Below, piece after piece: positions 11,636 to 32,066 of a stretch of 40,726 nt of DNA. The notes under the pieces are model-generated. The model saw nothing but the letters and a program-made list of their open reading frames with translations, was not told where the DNA came from and ran no database searches. Both the position numbers and the translations under genes were made by a program. Position 1 is the stretch's first letter; each line of letters opens with the position of its first letter. The DNA lies in the NCBI GenBank assembly GCA_002269645.1, contig NIVC01002143.1, positions 1 to 40,726 on the forward strand. The letters are read 5' to 3'. The DNA is from Macrostomum lignano. Its lineage: Eukaryota.

Positions 11636-12896
11636 TCCAGTCCAGTTCGAGCTCACTCAGATTTTTCCCAGCCTCCCCTCCTCTCCTCCTTAAAAACTTT
11701 CCTCGCCACTCCCCGATCAGCAGAATGGTTGCCGGGGCAACGCCAGCCAATGGGAGTTAAGAATGTAAAAAAAAAACAATCCCAAAGCAAACTAGGGCTC
11801 TCGGGGGGCAGAGGGCGGAGGCGGGGACAGCAGGATAGGTTTTGACATTTCGCGTCGGGCGTCACCCGAGCAGGGAGCCCCGTGTAGCCTTTCTCTGAGT
11901 TTCCAATTCTCACTTCGCTCCGGAGCAGCGGGAACCGGAGAGAGCAAATTGCTGCTCTTTTCTCCGGCGGGGCGCGACCCCACTTTGCAAGCCCGAAGGA
12001 GTGAAGACGCGGTGCGGCCGGATGGCCAGATCGGGGAGTGCCGCAGCGATGGGATGGGGAGATGGGAAGAGAGAGAAAAAGGCCCGCTAGCTGCATCGGT
12101 GCAAGAGTCTGTCGATCGTATCCAGTTACTATTTGTGCCAAGATTTGCATGGATCTTGCAGCAGGGATGGCATAAATTCTCTCCCCCCCAACCCAGGTAT
12201 TGATCCCGTCCCCATCCTGATCCCCGTGGCTCTTCTTTCTCAGCTTGCTTACCTCTCGGCTGATGTTTTCCATCTCCCAGTCCCACAGGAATTGGGAATT
12301 TTTCTCCTCATCCATTTCGGCCAAAAGCATGCAGCGCCCCGCGACTCTGCATGAATTTTTTTGTAATCCACGAGGGGTTCGAAAGACGCACTAGTCGCAG
12401 CAGACGCATTTATCCGCCCTGAGACTGGCGGAGAAGCCGGGATTACTTTCCCTCAGAATTTCTGTCAATAAAAAATAATGGAGACTCAAGGAGGAGGAGG
12501 AAGAGACGGGACTTTGTTAGCGGAGGCGATGAGAGACCGGAGGGCAGGACGGCCGGATCGAATAGCCCCGAGTAATTTATAATACTGCTCGAAACACACT
12601 GGGAATCGGGGAGTGGCGTCGCAGGAAGAGCGCCAGTTCAGTCTGAAGTGGAGCGGCTAAGCAGCTGCCGCTAACGCTATAAAGCTTTTAAGCGACTATC
12701 CATAAGCCACTACGAGACCTGTCACCCCTCACCTACCGGGAATTGATTAGCTCAAACGGCTCAGACGGTGCGATTCGTATCTTAATTTCTAGAATGTATA
12801 AATACTAAATATGTATCATAAAATGAAAGCTAACTGAAATAAAAATAGGTGGGTGTACGTGAACATTGTACACAACTTACACAAGGGAGGCTGTCG

Positions 12897-13060
12897 ATTG
12901 CGTAGGTGTACATAAGGGGTCTGAGAATTGCGTAGGTGTACATAAGGGGTCTGAGAATTGCGTAGGTGTACATAAGGGGTCTGAGAATTGCGTAGGTGTA
13001 CATAAGGGGGCTGAGAATTGCGTAGGCGTACGTACGCGAAGGGCTATAAATTGCGATGTA
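12897..13060. repeat. 30-bp minisatellite (CGTAGGTGTACATAAGGGGTCTGAGAATTG), 4 full units plus a decayed unit
   Basis: Direct inspection. Flanked by an 11-bp inverted repeat TGAAATAAAAA (12835-12845 / 13123-13133), possibly a decayed MITE. Confidence 0.85.
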
Positions 13061-14083
13061 AGGGAGACATAAGGGAGACTGAGACACGGTGAGACCGGTT
13101 ATCGATTTTCCAATTGTCCCAGTTTTTATTTCATATAGAAAATTGGCTAAGTGACAACAGAGAGAAATAAAAGTAAAGCTCGCCAGACCGCTCCGACCAA
13201 AAGTTTTCAGGTGAGGGCAGGTAGAAACGATCAGTTTTAAGGCTAGAAAATCGGCTATTGAATCAAATCAATCCACAATTTATTGTGATTTAATAATTAC
13301 TTTGACACTGTCAGCGTTGAGAATTGTTTTTAGTTTCAAAAAAGCTGCAGGTCCGAGTACGACCAAAGGTGAAATTTAACAGTTTTTGAAACGCAACTAC
13401 TTCTTTCAGTAGCGTGCCGGGGCAAACAAAACGCTGGGGGTCAGATGTCTAGAAAACTGAGGGAAAAAGCACCACAACAGACAGCCGAGGACGAGAACAC
13501 AGGCGGAGCAGCGAGACAGCCGCGCCGCCGCCGCCCGCGTGAACAGAGGGAAAAAGCTGGATAAAAAACGTTAAGATAAAAAGACAAAGCAGGCAAAAAG
13601 TTCTAAGAGAGCAAAAAACGCAAACAACAAACTTGAGTCTGCAGAGAGTAAAGTGAGAAGTCAGTATTGAAGTACTAGGCTGCATATTTGGTAGGATAAA
13701 TTAATCAGCTGGGGTAAAAATGTGAAAGCGGCACCGCTAGCACAGGTAAGAGACGGAGGTGCTGGGGCGACAGCAGCGCAAAAAGCCTGTATCGATTACT
13801 GTTTATTGAGTAGCAAATTTGAACATAAAACTGCCATTCAATATGGCGACAGGCCGCTTGCGTTTTACTAAAGAAAACCGGGCGCACCTAAAGGCAACTT
13901 GAGACTGCATAACAATTGACAATGATCTACGCACAATAAAACAGTGCTCACAGACGGTGCGCAGATGGACATACAAATCACAATAAATATGAGATATGGG
14001 AACGGAATGCAGAGAAGAATGTTGCACGATTATGGAGAATAATTACTTTTGTAGAATTCAAACCAACGAATTCTATGCAAGTG

Positions 14084-14985
14084 TCTGGGAGGCTGGCCCA
14101 GCAACTGAGCATCTGGGAGGCTGGCCCAGCAACTGAGCATCTGGGAGGCTGGCCCAGCAACTGAGGATTTGAGAGGCTGGCCCAGCAACTGAGGATCTGG
14201 GAGGCTGGCCCAGCAACTGAGGATTTGAGAGGCTGGCCCAGCAACTGAGGATCTGGGAGGCTGGCCCAGCAACTGAGGATTTGAGAGGCTGGCCCAGCAA
14301 CTGAGGATCTGGGAGGCTGGCCCAGCAACTGAGGATCTGGGAGGCTGGCCCAGCAACTGAGGATCTGGGAGGCTGGCCCAGCAACTGAGGATCTGGAAGG
14401 CTGGCACAGCAACTGAGGATCTGGGAGGCTGGCCCAGCAACTGAGGATCTGGGAGGCTGGCCCAGCAACTGAGGATCTGGGAGGCTGGCCCAGCAACTGA
14501 GGATTTGAGAGGCTGGCCCAGCAACTGAGGATCTGGGAGGCTGGCCCAGCAACTGAGGATCTGGGAGGCTGGCCCAGCAACTGAGGATTTGAGAGGCTGG
14601 CCCAGCAACTGAGGATCTGGGAGGCTGGCCCAGCAACTGAGGATCTGGGAGGCTGGCCCAGCAACTGAGGATCTGGGAGGCTGGCCCAGCAACTGAGGAT
14701 CTGGGAGGCTGGCACAGCAACTGAGGATCTGGGAGGCTGGCCCAGCAACTGAGGATCTGGGAGGCTGGCCCAGCAACTGAGGATCTGGGAGGCTGGCCCA
14801 GCAACTGAGGATCTGGGAGGCTGGCCCAGCAACTGAGGATCTGGGAGGCTGGCACAGCAACTGAGGATCTGGGAGGCTGGCCCAGCAACTGAGGATCTGG
14901 GAGGCTGGCCCAGCAACTGAGGATCTGGGAGGCTGGCCCAGCAACTGAGGATCTGGGAGGCTGGCCCAGCAGCTGAGGATCTGGG
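14084..14985. repeat. 28-bp minisatellite (CTGGGAGGCTGGCCCAGCAACTGAGGAT), array 1, ~32 units
   Basis: Period 28; it produces the 28-aa cyclic ORFs in all three minus frames. Confidence 0.95.
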
Positions 14986-15447
14986 TGTGGTTCTGGAGAT
15001 GGAGTTTGGGGAGGCTGCAGCATAAATGCCAGAACACGAGCTTTCAGAATCTAAGGTAACAAATTCAATGGTTTGAATTGAAAACTCAATTAAAGAAGTT
15101 CGATTTTGAAGCTTTAAAAACTAAAACAAAAGCAGACAAAATTTAAAGACGCAAAAGGCAAAGAAAAATCGAACACAAAGCCAGCTTAAAACTCTATTCT
15201 ATTATAAGACACTGAGGCTTTGAGAAGTAGCGAGCTGAGCTTGGACACACTGTTGATTATATTGTATAAAATGTGTAAATTTTCAACTGCATGGATGTGC
15301 TTGCACATGGACAGATATTTACATAACACAAGCGTTTAAAGTAGTCTTTGAGTAAAGAAAATTGGTAAGTACGGAAAATCAAGTTGCTACATATATTGCT
15401 TCCGCTTGCTCAGATTCTCATTTCATCTGCAGGGGAGCGACCGAGCG

Positions 15448-15868
15448 CTGAGGATCTGGGAGAGTGGCGGTGGCCCAGCAACTGAGGATCTGGGAGAGTG
15501 GCGGTGGCCCAGCAACTGAGGATCTGGGAGAGTGGCGGTGGCCCAGCAGCTGAGGATGTGGGAGGCTGGCCCAGCAGCTGAGGATCTGGGAGGCTGGCCC
15601 AGCAACTGAGGATCTGGGAGGCTGGCACAGCAACTGAGGATCTGGGAGGCTGGCACAGCAACTGAGGATCTGGGAGGCTGGCCCAGCAGCTGAGGATCTG
15701 GGAGGCTGGCCCAGCAACTGAGGATCTGGGAGGCTGGCCCAGCAGCTGAGGATCTGGGAGGCTGGCCCAGCAGCTGAGGATCTGGGAGGCTGGCCCAGCA
15801 ACTGAGGATCTGGGAGGCTGGCCCAGCAGCTGAGGATCTGGGAGGCTGGCCAAGCAACTGGGAATCTG
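15448..15868. repeat. 28-bp minisatellite, array 2, with 34-bp variants at the left end
   Basis: Same unit and orientation as array 1. Confidence 0.95.
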
Positions 15869-16569
15869 TGGGTGGTGGTGGCAGTGCACTTAAGGAGCCA
15901 ACTACTTTATAAAGCAACAAACAACTAGACAATTAAGACAACTCTGGTATATAAAACAAAGATTTAATATTCCCGTTTAGAACGGCTGGCCGGTCAACCA
16001 GAAAAAGTGACACAAGAGCAGGCAGAACAACAAAGAAAAAATGGCAAATCAGCATAGATAAGCACACAGTCGCAGCAATGCTGTAAGAGCAAAAACGAAG
16101 GGAAAAACACAGTTTTAAGAGTGCAGATTCCAGGCAATAAAAGTAATTAACCTGATCGACAGCGAACCCAGGACAGGTAAAACTTCACAGACCTTGGAGC
16201 AGCGCAATCCATAGATAGATAAGAGTAATTATTTGATATCCAAAAGTACACGAACGGTAGTGTTGATTTTAGATTTGAATTGACAAATTTCAATAAACAT
16301 AAACTGTCATCGGATAAATGCAAGTCAGCAGCACAATTAGGTCCGACATACAACTAATCTAATATTAATTTATTGTTAAATTTGCCAATGCACTTCGCTG
16401 GGCAAAAATTCAATAAATATTTGAACGGTAAAATTAACTCACTTGGCAAGCACGAGCTACGGAGTTTGATTATTGAATCATTTGTTTATTGATAATAACA
16501 CAATAACTGAAGAGTCGGGATACTGCAGTTGATTAGAAATGGAAATTTAATTTAACTTGCCCCGTTGGA

Positions 16570-17345
16570 AGAGGCATAAAAGGTGACCTGAAGAGGCATA
16601 AAAGGTGACCGAGGTGCACAAGAGGCACCTTAGTGACCTATTTCGTGTGCGTTTTGGAAATGCAACTGAGTGCACCTTTTATGCCTAAATGTCACCAATA
16701 TTTCTAAAAAGAGGCATGAAAGGTGTAAAATCGGTGAAGTGGTCAGGCAGTAGGTGAATTCTCAATTTTAATTGGTTGCGGCGGTAGGGGCAGTAAAGGT
16801 GCGTAAGGGGCACTGGAGGTGCGCAAAAGGTGACCAGCAGGCTCACAAGTGAGGCACAGCAGGTGCATAAGGTGTACATGTGCGGCGTAAATATGTATAC
16901 AGATGTATTTCCAAAACACGCTCGAAATAGACCCCTAAAGTGTCTATTTTGTGCACCTCGCTCACCTTCCATGCCTATGCACGAATATTAACGCATTAAT
17001 AATTTGTAACAAAAAATGAACTTAGAGTTACATACTCGTACATTACACGCACCGATATAACATAGAAAAGCTTTATTTACATTTACACCTATACTAATCG
17101 CTGCTATCCCCTTCCTACTCCTGACAAACCACGAAAGTAAACGTCTCCTATACTGATAAGTTTTAATGACTTTCAAATACTCAGGAAAAGTTTTGAATCT
17201 GTTCAAAGAATAGTAAGGAACACCCCTTGCATTGCCTCTACGCCTAAAGTGCCCACTGTGCACCTGTTTTTCACCTTTCACTCCACCAATACACCAATTC
17301 CTACTTTGTTCACCTTTTGTGCCTCCAATGCACACTGTGCACCTT
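16570..17345. mobile_element. Possible degenerate MITE with inverted subterminal motifs
   Basis: GAGGCA(T/C)AAAAGGTGA and AGGTGCACA occur on + at the left end and on - at the right end. No clean TIR or TSD found. Confidence 0.3.
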
Positions 17346-17394
17346 TAACCATGAGCAGATGGATGGCCCGAATTCGGGTCATGGCTCAACACCC

Positions 17395-17800
17395 AAAGGC
17401 TCATTAATTGGGTCATTGATTAGTCCCAGTCCGGTCATTGGGCTCATGATTCGGTCATTGATTAGTCCTAGTTCGGTCATTGGGCTCATTAATTGGGTCA
17501 TTGATTAGTCCCAGTTCGGTCATTGGGCTCATTAATTGGGTCATTGATTAGTCCCAGTTTGGTCATTGGGCTCATTAATTGGGTCATTGATTAGTCCCAG
17601 TTCGGTCATTGGGCTCATTAATTGGGTCATTGATTAGTCCCAGTTCGGTCATTGGGCTCATTAATTGGGTCATTGATTAGTCCCAGTTCGGTCATTGGGC
17701 TCATTAATTGGGTCATTGATTAGTCCCAGTTCGGTCATTGGGCTCATTAATTGGGTCATTGATTAGTCCCAGTCCAGTCATTGGGCTCATTGATTAGTCC
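17395..17800. repeat. 43-bp minisatellite (GGTCATTGGGCTCATTAATTGGGTCATTGATTAGTCCCAGTTC), ~9 units, downstream of PTDSS2
   Basis: Period 43 measured at 17521/17564. Confidence 0.9.
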
Positions 17801-17993
17801 CAAGTCGGTAACCGGCTGAGTGATTGGCCCAATATTTAAAATTAATTTTCTTAGTATTAAACAAAACATTGCTGTAAAACGCAAGCCGCTACTATAAGTA
17901 GCCAGCAGCGAATGCCAATGCAGTTTAAATAGTTAACAAATCACCAATTTGAGATTGCACCAAACGCAAGGCCTGCTCGCAGAGTCCGCGTTC

Positions 17994-25807
<7,814 letters not shown>

Positions 25808-26502
25808 CTTGTCAGAAAGTATTAAGTATTGAATTTAAATTTTAATAGCAATAGCAATAATCCCTGATAAAAGGTTTTTTAACTTAACACAATTACATCT
25901 AGCATAAATAATGTAAATCTATGCTATTAATATAGAAAATCCTAAGAATTTATAACTAGATATCTTAGCAATACAAATTAAATGTCACTATATAACCATA
26001 TATATAGAATGTTATAGCCTTGTGGTATTTAATATTCAACAGCAAATATTATAGGTCTATATATAACTTTTGGTCTTATTGGCATTACAATAAGTGCTAG
26101 AACAATAAATTTATTATAAACTCATAAATTATTAATACAAAGTTATCAATCTTTAAATACAAAATTCTTAATATTAGTCAATTAATTTTAATAAAAATTT
26201 TATACCTAATAATCTTTTTTATTAGACTTGTGTCTAATACTAGTATAGCTATTCAGTCCAAGAACTAGGTTGCTAGATGCACCTTCAGTTTCTAGCTAAT
26301 GTTGGTACCCATTTTATAATAACTGGGTAAACTAAAGCAATACAAGTTAAACACTAATAATATAGTATAGCATATTCAATATATCAAATTTCTTCTATTG
26401 CAAAAGGGTTTATTTTAAATTTGTTAATAGACCTAAAATGTAAGAATATAGATGAAATAAAATTTTTCAATAGTTAAAACAAGCTAAGCAAGTTTGTCAA
26501 TA

Positions 26503-27125
26503 GGCAGTGACTATTTGTCCAGTATTGAATGAATAACGTAACTATTATTTGTCCAGTACCAGATAAATAATAGTAAAGTTATTTGTCCAGCACAGTATAG
26601 ATATAGATATACAATAAAAACTTGTAAAATATAGGGAATACTAAAAAAGTAGCAGTTTACTTTTAGGCTAGAAAGCAGAAAAAATTTGTTATGATTAAAT
26701 AGTGCTGTTTCTCAGAAATTCTAGAAATTTTGGCAAAAAATACTTGGGCATAGGCCTAGTCTACATGTCATTGCCCAATCTAGCAGTTTTGTATAAGTTT
26801 TACCTTTATTATATTTCATTTTATACATATTGGTATGTTTTAATTTCATAGTAAATAGTAGTCATAGTATAGTCAAAATTAATAACAAGATTTGCTGCTA
26901 TATAACACAAATGCCAAAGTAAGGACTTATAGTTATTACAATAACAATTGGAATTGTTACAATAAAAAGTGGAGTCATCACTACAGATTTGAACTCAGTA
27001 CTGACTAATCATCAGGAAGACACTCTAACATTATGCTAGTTGCTAGTATACCTTGCTAGAAAAGATGTGCAGAGTGGCATATAAATTCACGCAGCTCAGC
27101 TGGTACCGGACAAATAATCACTGCC
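26503..27125. mobile_element. 623-bp non-autonomous DNA transposon with 9-bp TSD (Merlin- or MULE-like)
   Basis: TIRs GGCAGTGACTATTTGTCCAGTA / GGCAGTGATTATTTGTCCGGTA (20/22). Perfect TSD TTGTCAATA at 26494-26502 and 27126-27134. Subterminal TATTTGTCC[A/G]G repeats. Confidence 0.75.
26969..27045 (-). other. Heavily decayed tRNA-like or SINE-head relic
   Basis: Minus strand TAGCATAATG (A-box-like) ... GAGTTCAAATC (B-box-like). It aligns loosely to the SINE head at 20-90, mainly through C>T and G>A changes. Confidence 0.4.
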
Positions 27126-27930
27126 TTGTCAATAAAACAAAGTTATCTGAAGACTAAAGTTGTTCTTTTAGCATAATAAAAATGTTTATAACTTAATAAG
27201 TAAAATATTTTCAAAGACTTCAACAAGACTTTATGGGTATAAATGCATAGAAATTAAAATAGGATCAAGAAATTAGAATAGGCCTAGAATATAGGTCTTA
27301 CTAATAATACTGTACTTAGTTAGTTAATAGTAATAGGCCTACTATACCAGGGCCAAGAAAAAATCTTGATTCCAAATGCAACTACAAGCAAGATGTTTAA
27401 CCCGATTTTTTATTGCAACTGAATTGTCATACATCTAATTTTTTGAGTTATAATAATTATTAATAATAAAAATTACTCTTAATCTCTCACTAAAATGAAA
27501 TTCTAAGAAAGTGTGATATTCAGATTTGCATCTGACGGAATGAAATATTATTCAAATGGGTAATATGCATTGCATGACAAAAAGTTAATGAACTGCACTT
27601 TCTAGCATTCTGGTAATCTCAATCAAATAAAAAAAAAATTTTGTGCCCCTTGACGGCCTCGAGTAATGACTGACACTGACACTAAACTGACTTCCAAGAA
27701 TATCAACAGTTAAATCATAGCCACTTAGTGATGCACACTTAGAAAAACAAATCGTTTTGTGCGCAGAAACTTTTCTAGATTTAAAACTCGAATTTTTTAA
27801 GTTACGATTTTTTTGTTTCTATTTCAATTTAAAATTAAAATAAACATGTTTCCCTGTTTACTGATTACTTGTTGCCAGTGAAAATGCAACTCGAAAGCGA
27901 AAAAATCGATGCCAAGTAAATAGACCAAGA

Positions 27931-28111
27931 ATATTTCCATTGTTCATTTGCTTGCACTATATACATAGCATTTTATTTATGTATGCTAGGTATATAAGAC
28001 ATTTATGCTAATATATATGCTATATATATGCTAAAAAGTGCTACTATATATCTAGCATACATGAATAAAAGTGCAATATATACAGTGCAAGCAAATGAAC
28101 AATGGAAATAT
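27931..28111. mobile_element. 181-bp palindromic (hairpin) MITE-like element
   Basis: Perfect 28-bp inverted repeat ATATTTCCATTGTTCATTTGCTTGCACT (27931-27958 / 28084-28111), with imperfect pairing continuing inward for ~30 bp. TSD is ambiguous (AT or ATAT). Confidence 0.7.
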
Positions 28112-28996
28112 GCATGTGCATGTCATGTATCAGCTACAATTGCAGCATATTGTTTTAGATCATAAGGAATTTGTTTCAGGTCAATAAAACCCAAAAAATA
28201 AACGTGGTAAAAAGTAAAGATAGACGGTGCTCTATATCGAAGGATAAAACTAGATAGCTTAGAACCGAGTACGAGTACGACATATCACGTGCATTTCTGA
28301 AGCGAACTGCCGATCGGTCACTTGGTGCACAGAAAATAGCAGCCTATAGTGCAATCTACGCGTACCTTTTAATTGTCATATTTTTAATTGCTTCGTTTTT
28401 TGAGGAACGAGCAACATGTACGTGTGAACAGTAATATCTCAAAGAAGGAGATAGCTAGCCTAAAAATAAAGGGTGTTTAAATCAGCTAAAGCTGGTTGTA
28501 AGTTATACGTTCAATACAATTTAATTTTTCTAATTAACATCATGGCTAGGACTCGCTACTAGGAGACATGCATATATGCATAGCTCGAATACGCTCGTAA
28601 TATAGTACGACATCTTTTAGAATCGTAAAAAGAGGGACGAACAAAATATAGCGAAATGAAGTTTCCGATTTCAAATATTATTTTGTTTACATCTAGTGAA
28701 TTTCTGCTTTGCAGTGTAACTGCAGTGCCTGTACAAAGTGTGCATGTAAAAAATTAAATCTAAAATCAAGATTTCAGGTAAAAATCGAAAACTCTATACA
28801 GGGACAACTAAAACCCTCGGGACGCGAAACGAGCCAATTCATGGCAAAAAATCTGAGGGGCTCGCTTAAAAGTATTGTTCTATGGCTTTTTCAAGTCTTC
28901 TCTGCTATCAGGCAAATTAAAATTGCTTTAGCTGCGGCCAGCAGTGAAGCTAAGCTGAACTATATCAAGAGAAGCATTTTTTATTCACTTGATGAA

Positions 28997-31881
28997 ATGC
29001 CAAAAAAGTGCTGCGTATTTCCGTGCTCGTCAAATTACAACTCTGAAGCCGTTCGAACACGGACATTTGCGTTTCCCAGAGATCCACAGGAGCGAGAGCG
29101 ATGGAGAAAGGCGCTGCCAAATATTCTCCAGGTAAGAAACCAGATCATTTGCTGTCATTACTGCTGCATAATTCCGCTTCAATTCTGCATGCCAGTCTCG
29201 TCCAAACAACTTGAAACCCAAAATTTATTATTTTAGAGAGTGACTGACAATATGGGCGTGTGCGTAAAGCATTGGCCAAGCGATGCTCCAATGGTCAAGA
29301 AAAACTCTACCGAAAGGCCAATTAATCCTCCTTCTGTTTTTAATGGAGTTCCTAGCTCGTGTTTTGTTCAGAACCAAGGTACGTAACTTAAAGATTGCTC
29401 AACACTTAGCGTCTACTTCAAGTATATCGATTTTGCCGCTCACAATTATCTTACTTTTATTTTTACTCTTATTTTAGACCAGGACCGACAGGCCGAAAAG
29501 CGCGGTGTTCTTTCTGACGCGAGGTGCGGCGACATCGATGAGATGGACGCTTTTCAGCTGCTTGATTTTTTGCCGGCATGGGAAAGTTTTCGAGCTGAGG
29601 TGAAAAATTCGGATGTCGTATCTCGACATGCACTGAACACAGCTATTCTGAACGAAGACGTTTACTTGTTTACGTTAGATAAAGATGAGACCTGTCTGTT
29701 CGAATTTTTGTCTCACCCAACTTTCTGATTCGTGCATTCAAACTGCATACACCGATTTCGGTTCGAGACTTGTTGGGATTTCAACCGACACTCAAGCGCT
29801 GGTCGCAACTGGATGCTGTTGTCGTGCGGTGCAAAAATTCCGACGCCAATCCCCAACGTGAAGTCGAAGCGTTTGTTAGTAGAATCAGTGATGATATAGA
29901 TTCTGACTCTGATTTGGATCCGTCGCTTCAGTTTTTGATTCGACAACTTAGCCTTACATTAGTAAATCGGAACAATCGCCGCTATGACATTTCACTAGTG
30001 CGACAGTCAGCATTGCTCTACTTGATCAGTAGTTCGGCTTACTCTTACCTACGGAAGCTATTGCCATTGCCTCATCCCCGAACGCTGCAGCTGCAACTAG
30101 CAGGTACAGGAGAAGTTGGCACAGAAACCGACGCAGCCGATGTGATCCAGTCAGTTTTTGCTAGTCTATCAGGAGCTCAGCGAAACTGCGTAATATGTTT
30201 GACGAAATGTACATACAACCGTCCGTTCGATGTCGATGCCGTCACCTTCTGGGTCGAGCCGTCGACGATCCGGACCAGGTTGCTAGGACAATTTTGGCCA
30301 TAATGGTAAAGCCATTACTTGGTGGAAAACAGTTTGTAGTCCGACTATTGCCGACATACATTTTGTCTGCGGAGTTTCTGCGAAAATGCGTCAGCCAATG
30401 TATTAAAGCAATTAACAACAACGGTGGCCGTGTCGTTGCTCTCGTCAGCGACAATCACCCTAACAACCGCAAGTGTTTTGCTTTATTTAGCGCTGGAAGA
30501 GAGAAGCCATGGATTGGAACGGATGTTGCACAGGAGTCGGAATTCTTCATGCTGTTCGATTTCGTTCACATTATCAAATGCATTCGCAACAATTGGCAAA
30601 TGGAAGCGAATGGAATTCTAAGCATTCAACCTCCTGGCGCTGACAGACAGATATCCGCTAAATGGTCAGACGTGGTACGCCTGTACCAAATGGAGAAAGA
30701 CCACGTAGTCAAGTGCACATGTCTAACTCATGAGGCCTGTTATCCTACAAGCATTCAGAAAACTAAAGTCAGTCTCGCTCTCCTAGTTCTCGATGAAAGG
30801 GTTGCCGCTGCATTGAAGTGTGATGGATACTCAGACACTGCGGAATTTATCAAAACCATAGTGAGATTCTGGAAAATTGTCAATTGTAAAAATCCTGATC
30901 TACACGCACGACTACGGGATCCGGACAGGCGACCAGTCTATTCCGTTCAAGATGAAAGCATACAATTTCTTAGCGCGCTCGCGGATTCGTTTGATTCGAC
31001 ACATTGTGGAAAAGGCCGAGCTCGCCATCATTCATTGACGCCCGAGACCAAGTCAGCGCTAGTAAACTCACTGCGCGGAGCCTGTGAGATGTGTGAGGTT
31101 CTTTTGTCCGACCCACGAATCAGCTACGTTCTGCTGGCTGACTTTCACAGTGATCCACTTGAGGCTGAGTTTGGCGTGTATCGCCAAATGAGCGGCGGCA
31201 ACTACTATGTATCTGTGGAGCAAGTGCTGCTCAGTGCTCGACTCCGACGAATGAAATTATTCGCATCCCTTGAATTAGCAGACTACAAGCACGATCGGAG
31301 CAAATGTTGCAATGAACAGCTGAATGAAATTGAACTGGCGACCATTGATAATTGTGCTGCTAAATCAGAGGAGCTTTCCATTTCGGAGATGGCTTCGCTC
31401 TACTATATCGCAGGTAAGCTGGATATTAATTAAAATTTAATTCACAACGAGGTTTTACACAATCTCATAAAAACAATTCAAACCGTGCTTTATTGGAAAT
31501 TGACAGGTTATACAGCGACTAAAGAAGGCAGGCATCAAAGGAACAGATTTGATATCAGAGACGAGCATTCCAGCCAGCGAATTCACTGAAGAGTTATCTC
31601 GCGGAAAGCTTTGTCATCCTCCACAATGGCTGTTAGACTTATCCTGTCTCTGCTACAACAGTTTTATTCTGCACTCTCCTACGTGCGCAACTCGCGTGCA
31701 GAAGCTGTTTTATGTTATTAAGGACTTTTACTTTCCAACTAAGACACAGTTCAGCATGGACAGTGTGTCCCGTCGGCTAGCCAACGTTTTTTTCAAAGGA
31801 CTAGTAAGACGCTCGTCAAAACTCCCACCAATACCGACGACATCCCATGATAGAAAGCTTCGGAAGTTAGATGCTCAGTAG
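28997..31881 (+). pseudogene. THAP-domain P-element (THAP9-like) transposase, 4 exons, three apparent frameshifts
   Basis: Exons: 28997-29131, 29237-29378, 29478-31413, 31507-31881. THAP C2CH: MPKKCCVFPC...FP...W...CVKHW...PPSVF. Catalytic-type motifs FDEM, LVSDN, FDFVHIIKCIRNNW, SDPLEAEFG, YIAGY and SRGKLCHP. Lesions: -1 near 29690-29710, -1 at ~30190 (GTAATATG), and a 4-nt GGCA duplication at ~31527-31534. Confidence 0.85.
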
Positions 31882-31960
31882 GTGAAGTTCCAGCGTTTCC
31901 TTTATGTACGAGCTACTGACTGTTTGTGTCGTCTTGTCCTTGGAGTTCCGTATTTGCTTC

Positions 31961-32066
31961 TATCTTCTTGCCGTTGGAGTTTCATCTTCGCTTTCATCCT
32001 TTATCTTCTTGCCGTTGGAGTTTCATCTTCGCTTTCATCCTTTATCTTCTTGCCGTTGGAGTTTTT
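31961..32066. repeat. 41-bp tandem duplication (2.5 copies) in the 3' noncoding part of the P element
   Basis: TATCTTCTTGCCGTTGGAGTT at 31961, 32002 and 32043. Confidence 0.85.

Noticed and set aside
11653-12354. 225-aa and overlapping ORFs upstream of IR25a, with a GTAAG donor near 12252
   Set aside because: No recognisable domain and no matching exon chain found; it is GC-rich sequence open by chance or an unclassified repeat.
13440-13700. Lys-rich plus-strand reading frames
   Set aside because: Short and stop-interrupted; explained by the A-rich strand bias.
14084-14985. CRISPR-like regular repeats
   Set aside because: Units are head-to-tail with no unique spacers, no cas genes are present, and the context is eukaryotic.
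16143-16284. Walker A/B-like peptide LIDSEPRTGKTS...VVLILD on +
   Set aside because: Lacks the first Gly, has an internal stop and short spacing, and has no flanking ORF; likely chance.
16988-17335. 115-aa minus ORF faintly resembling a LINE ORF2 C-terminus (YL..I..Y.YRR.L)
   Set aside because: The similarity is too short, with no RT or zinc-knuckle motifs nearby.
28709-28996. N-terminal extension of the THAP ORF from TTG 28709
   Set aside because: Starts outside the element and runs through the TSD and TIR; THAP domains start at the N-terminus, so ATG 28997 is preferred.
29694-29767. A 74-nt GT-AG intron that would bypass the first transposase frameshift
   Set aside because: The frame works, but the donor is weak (GTCTGT) and the skipped segment reads as plausible transposase sequence (IRAFKLHTPISVRDLLGFQ) in the shifted frame; a 1-nt deletion is simpler.
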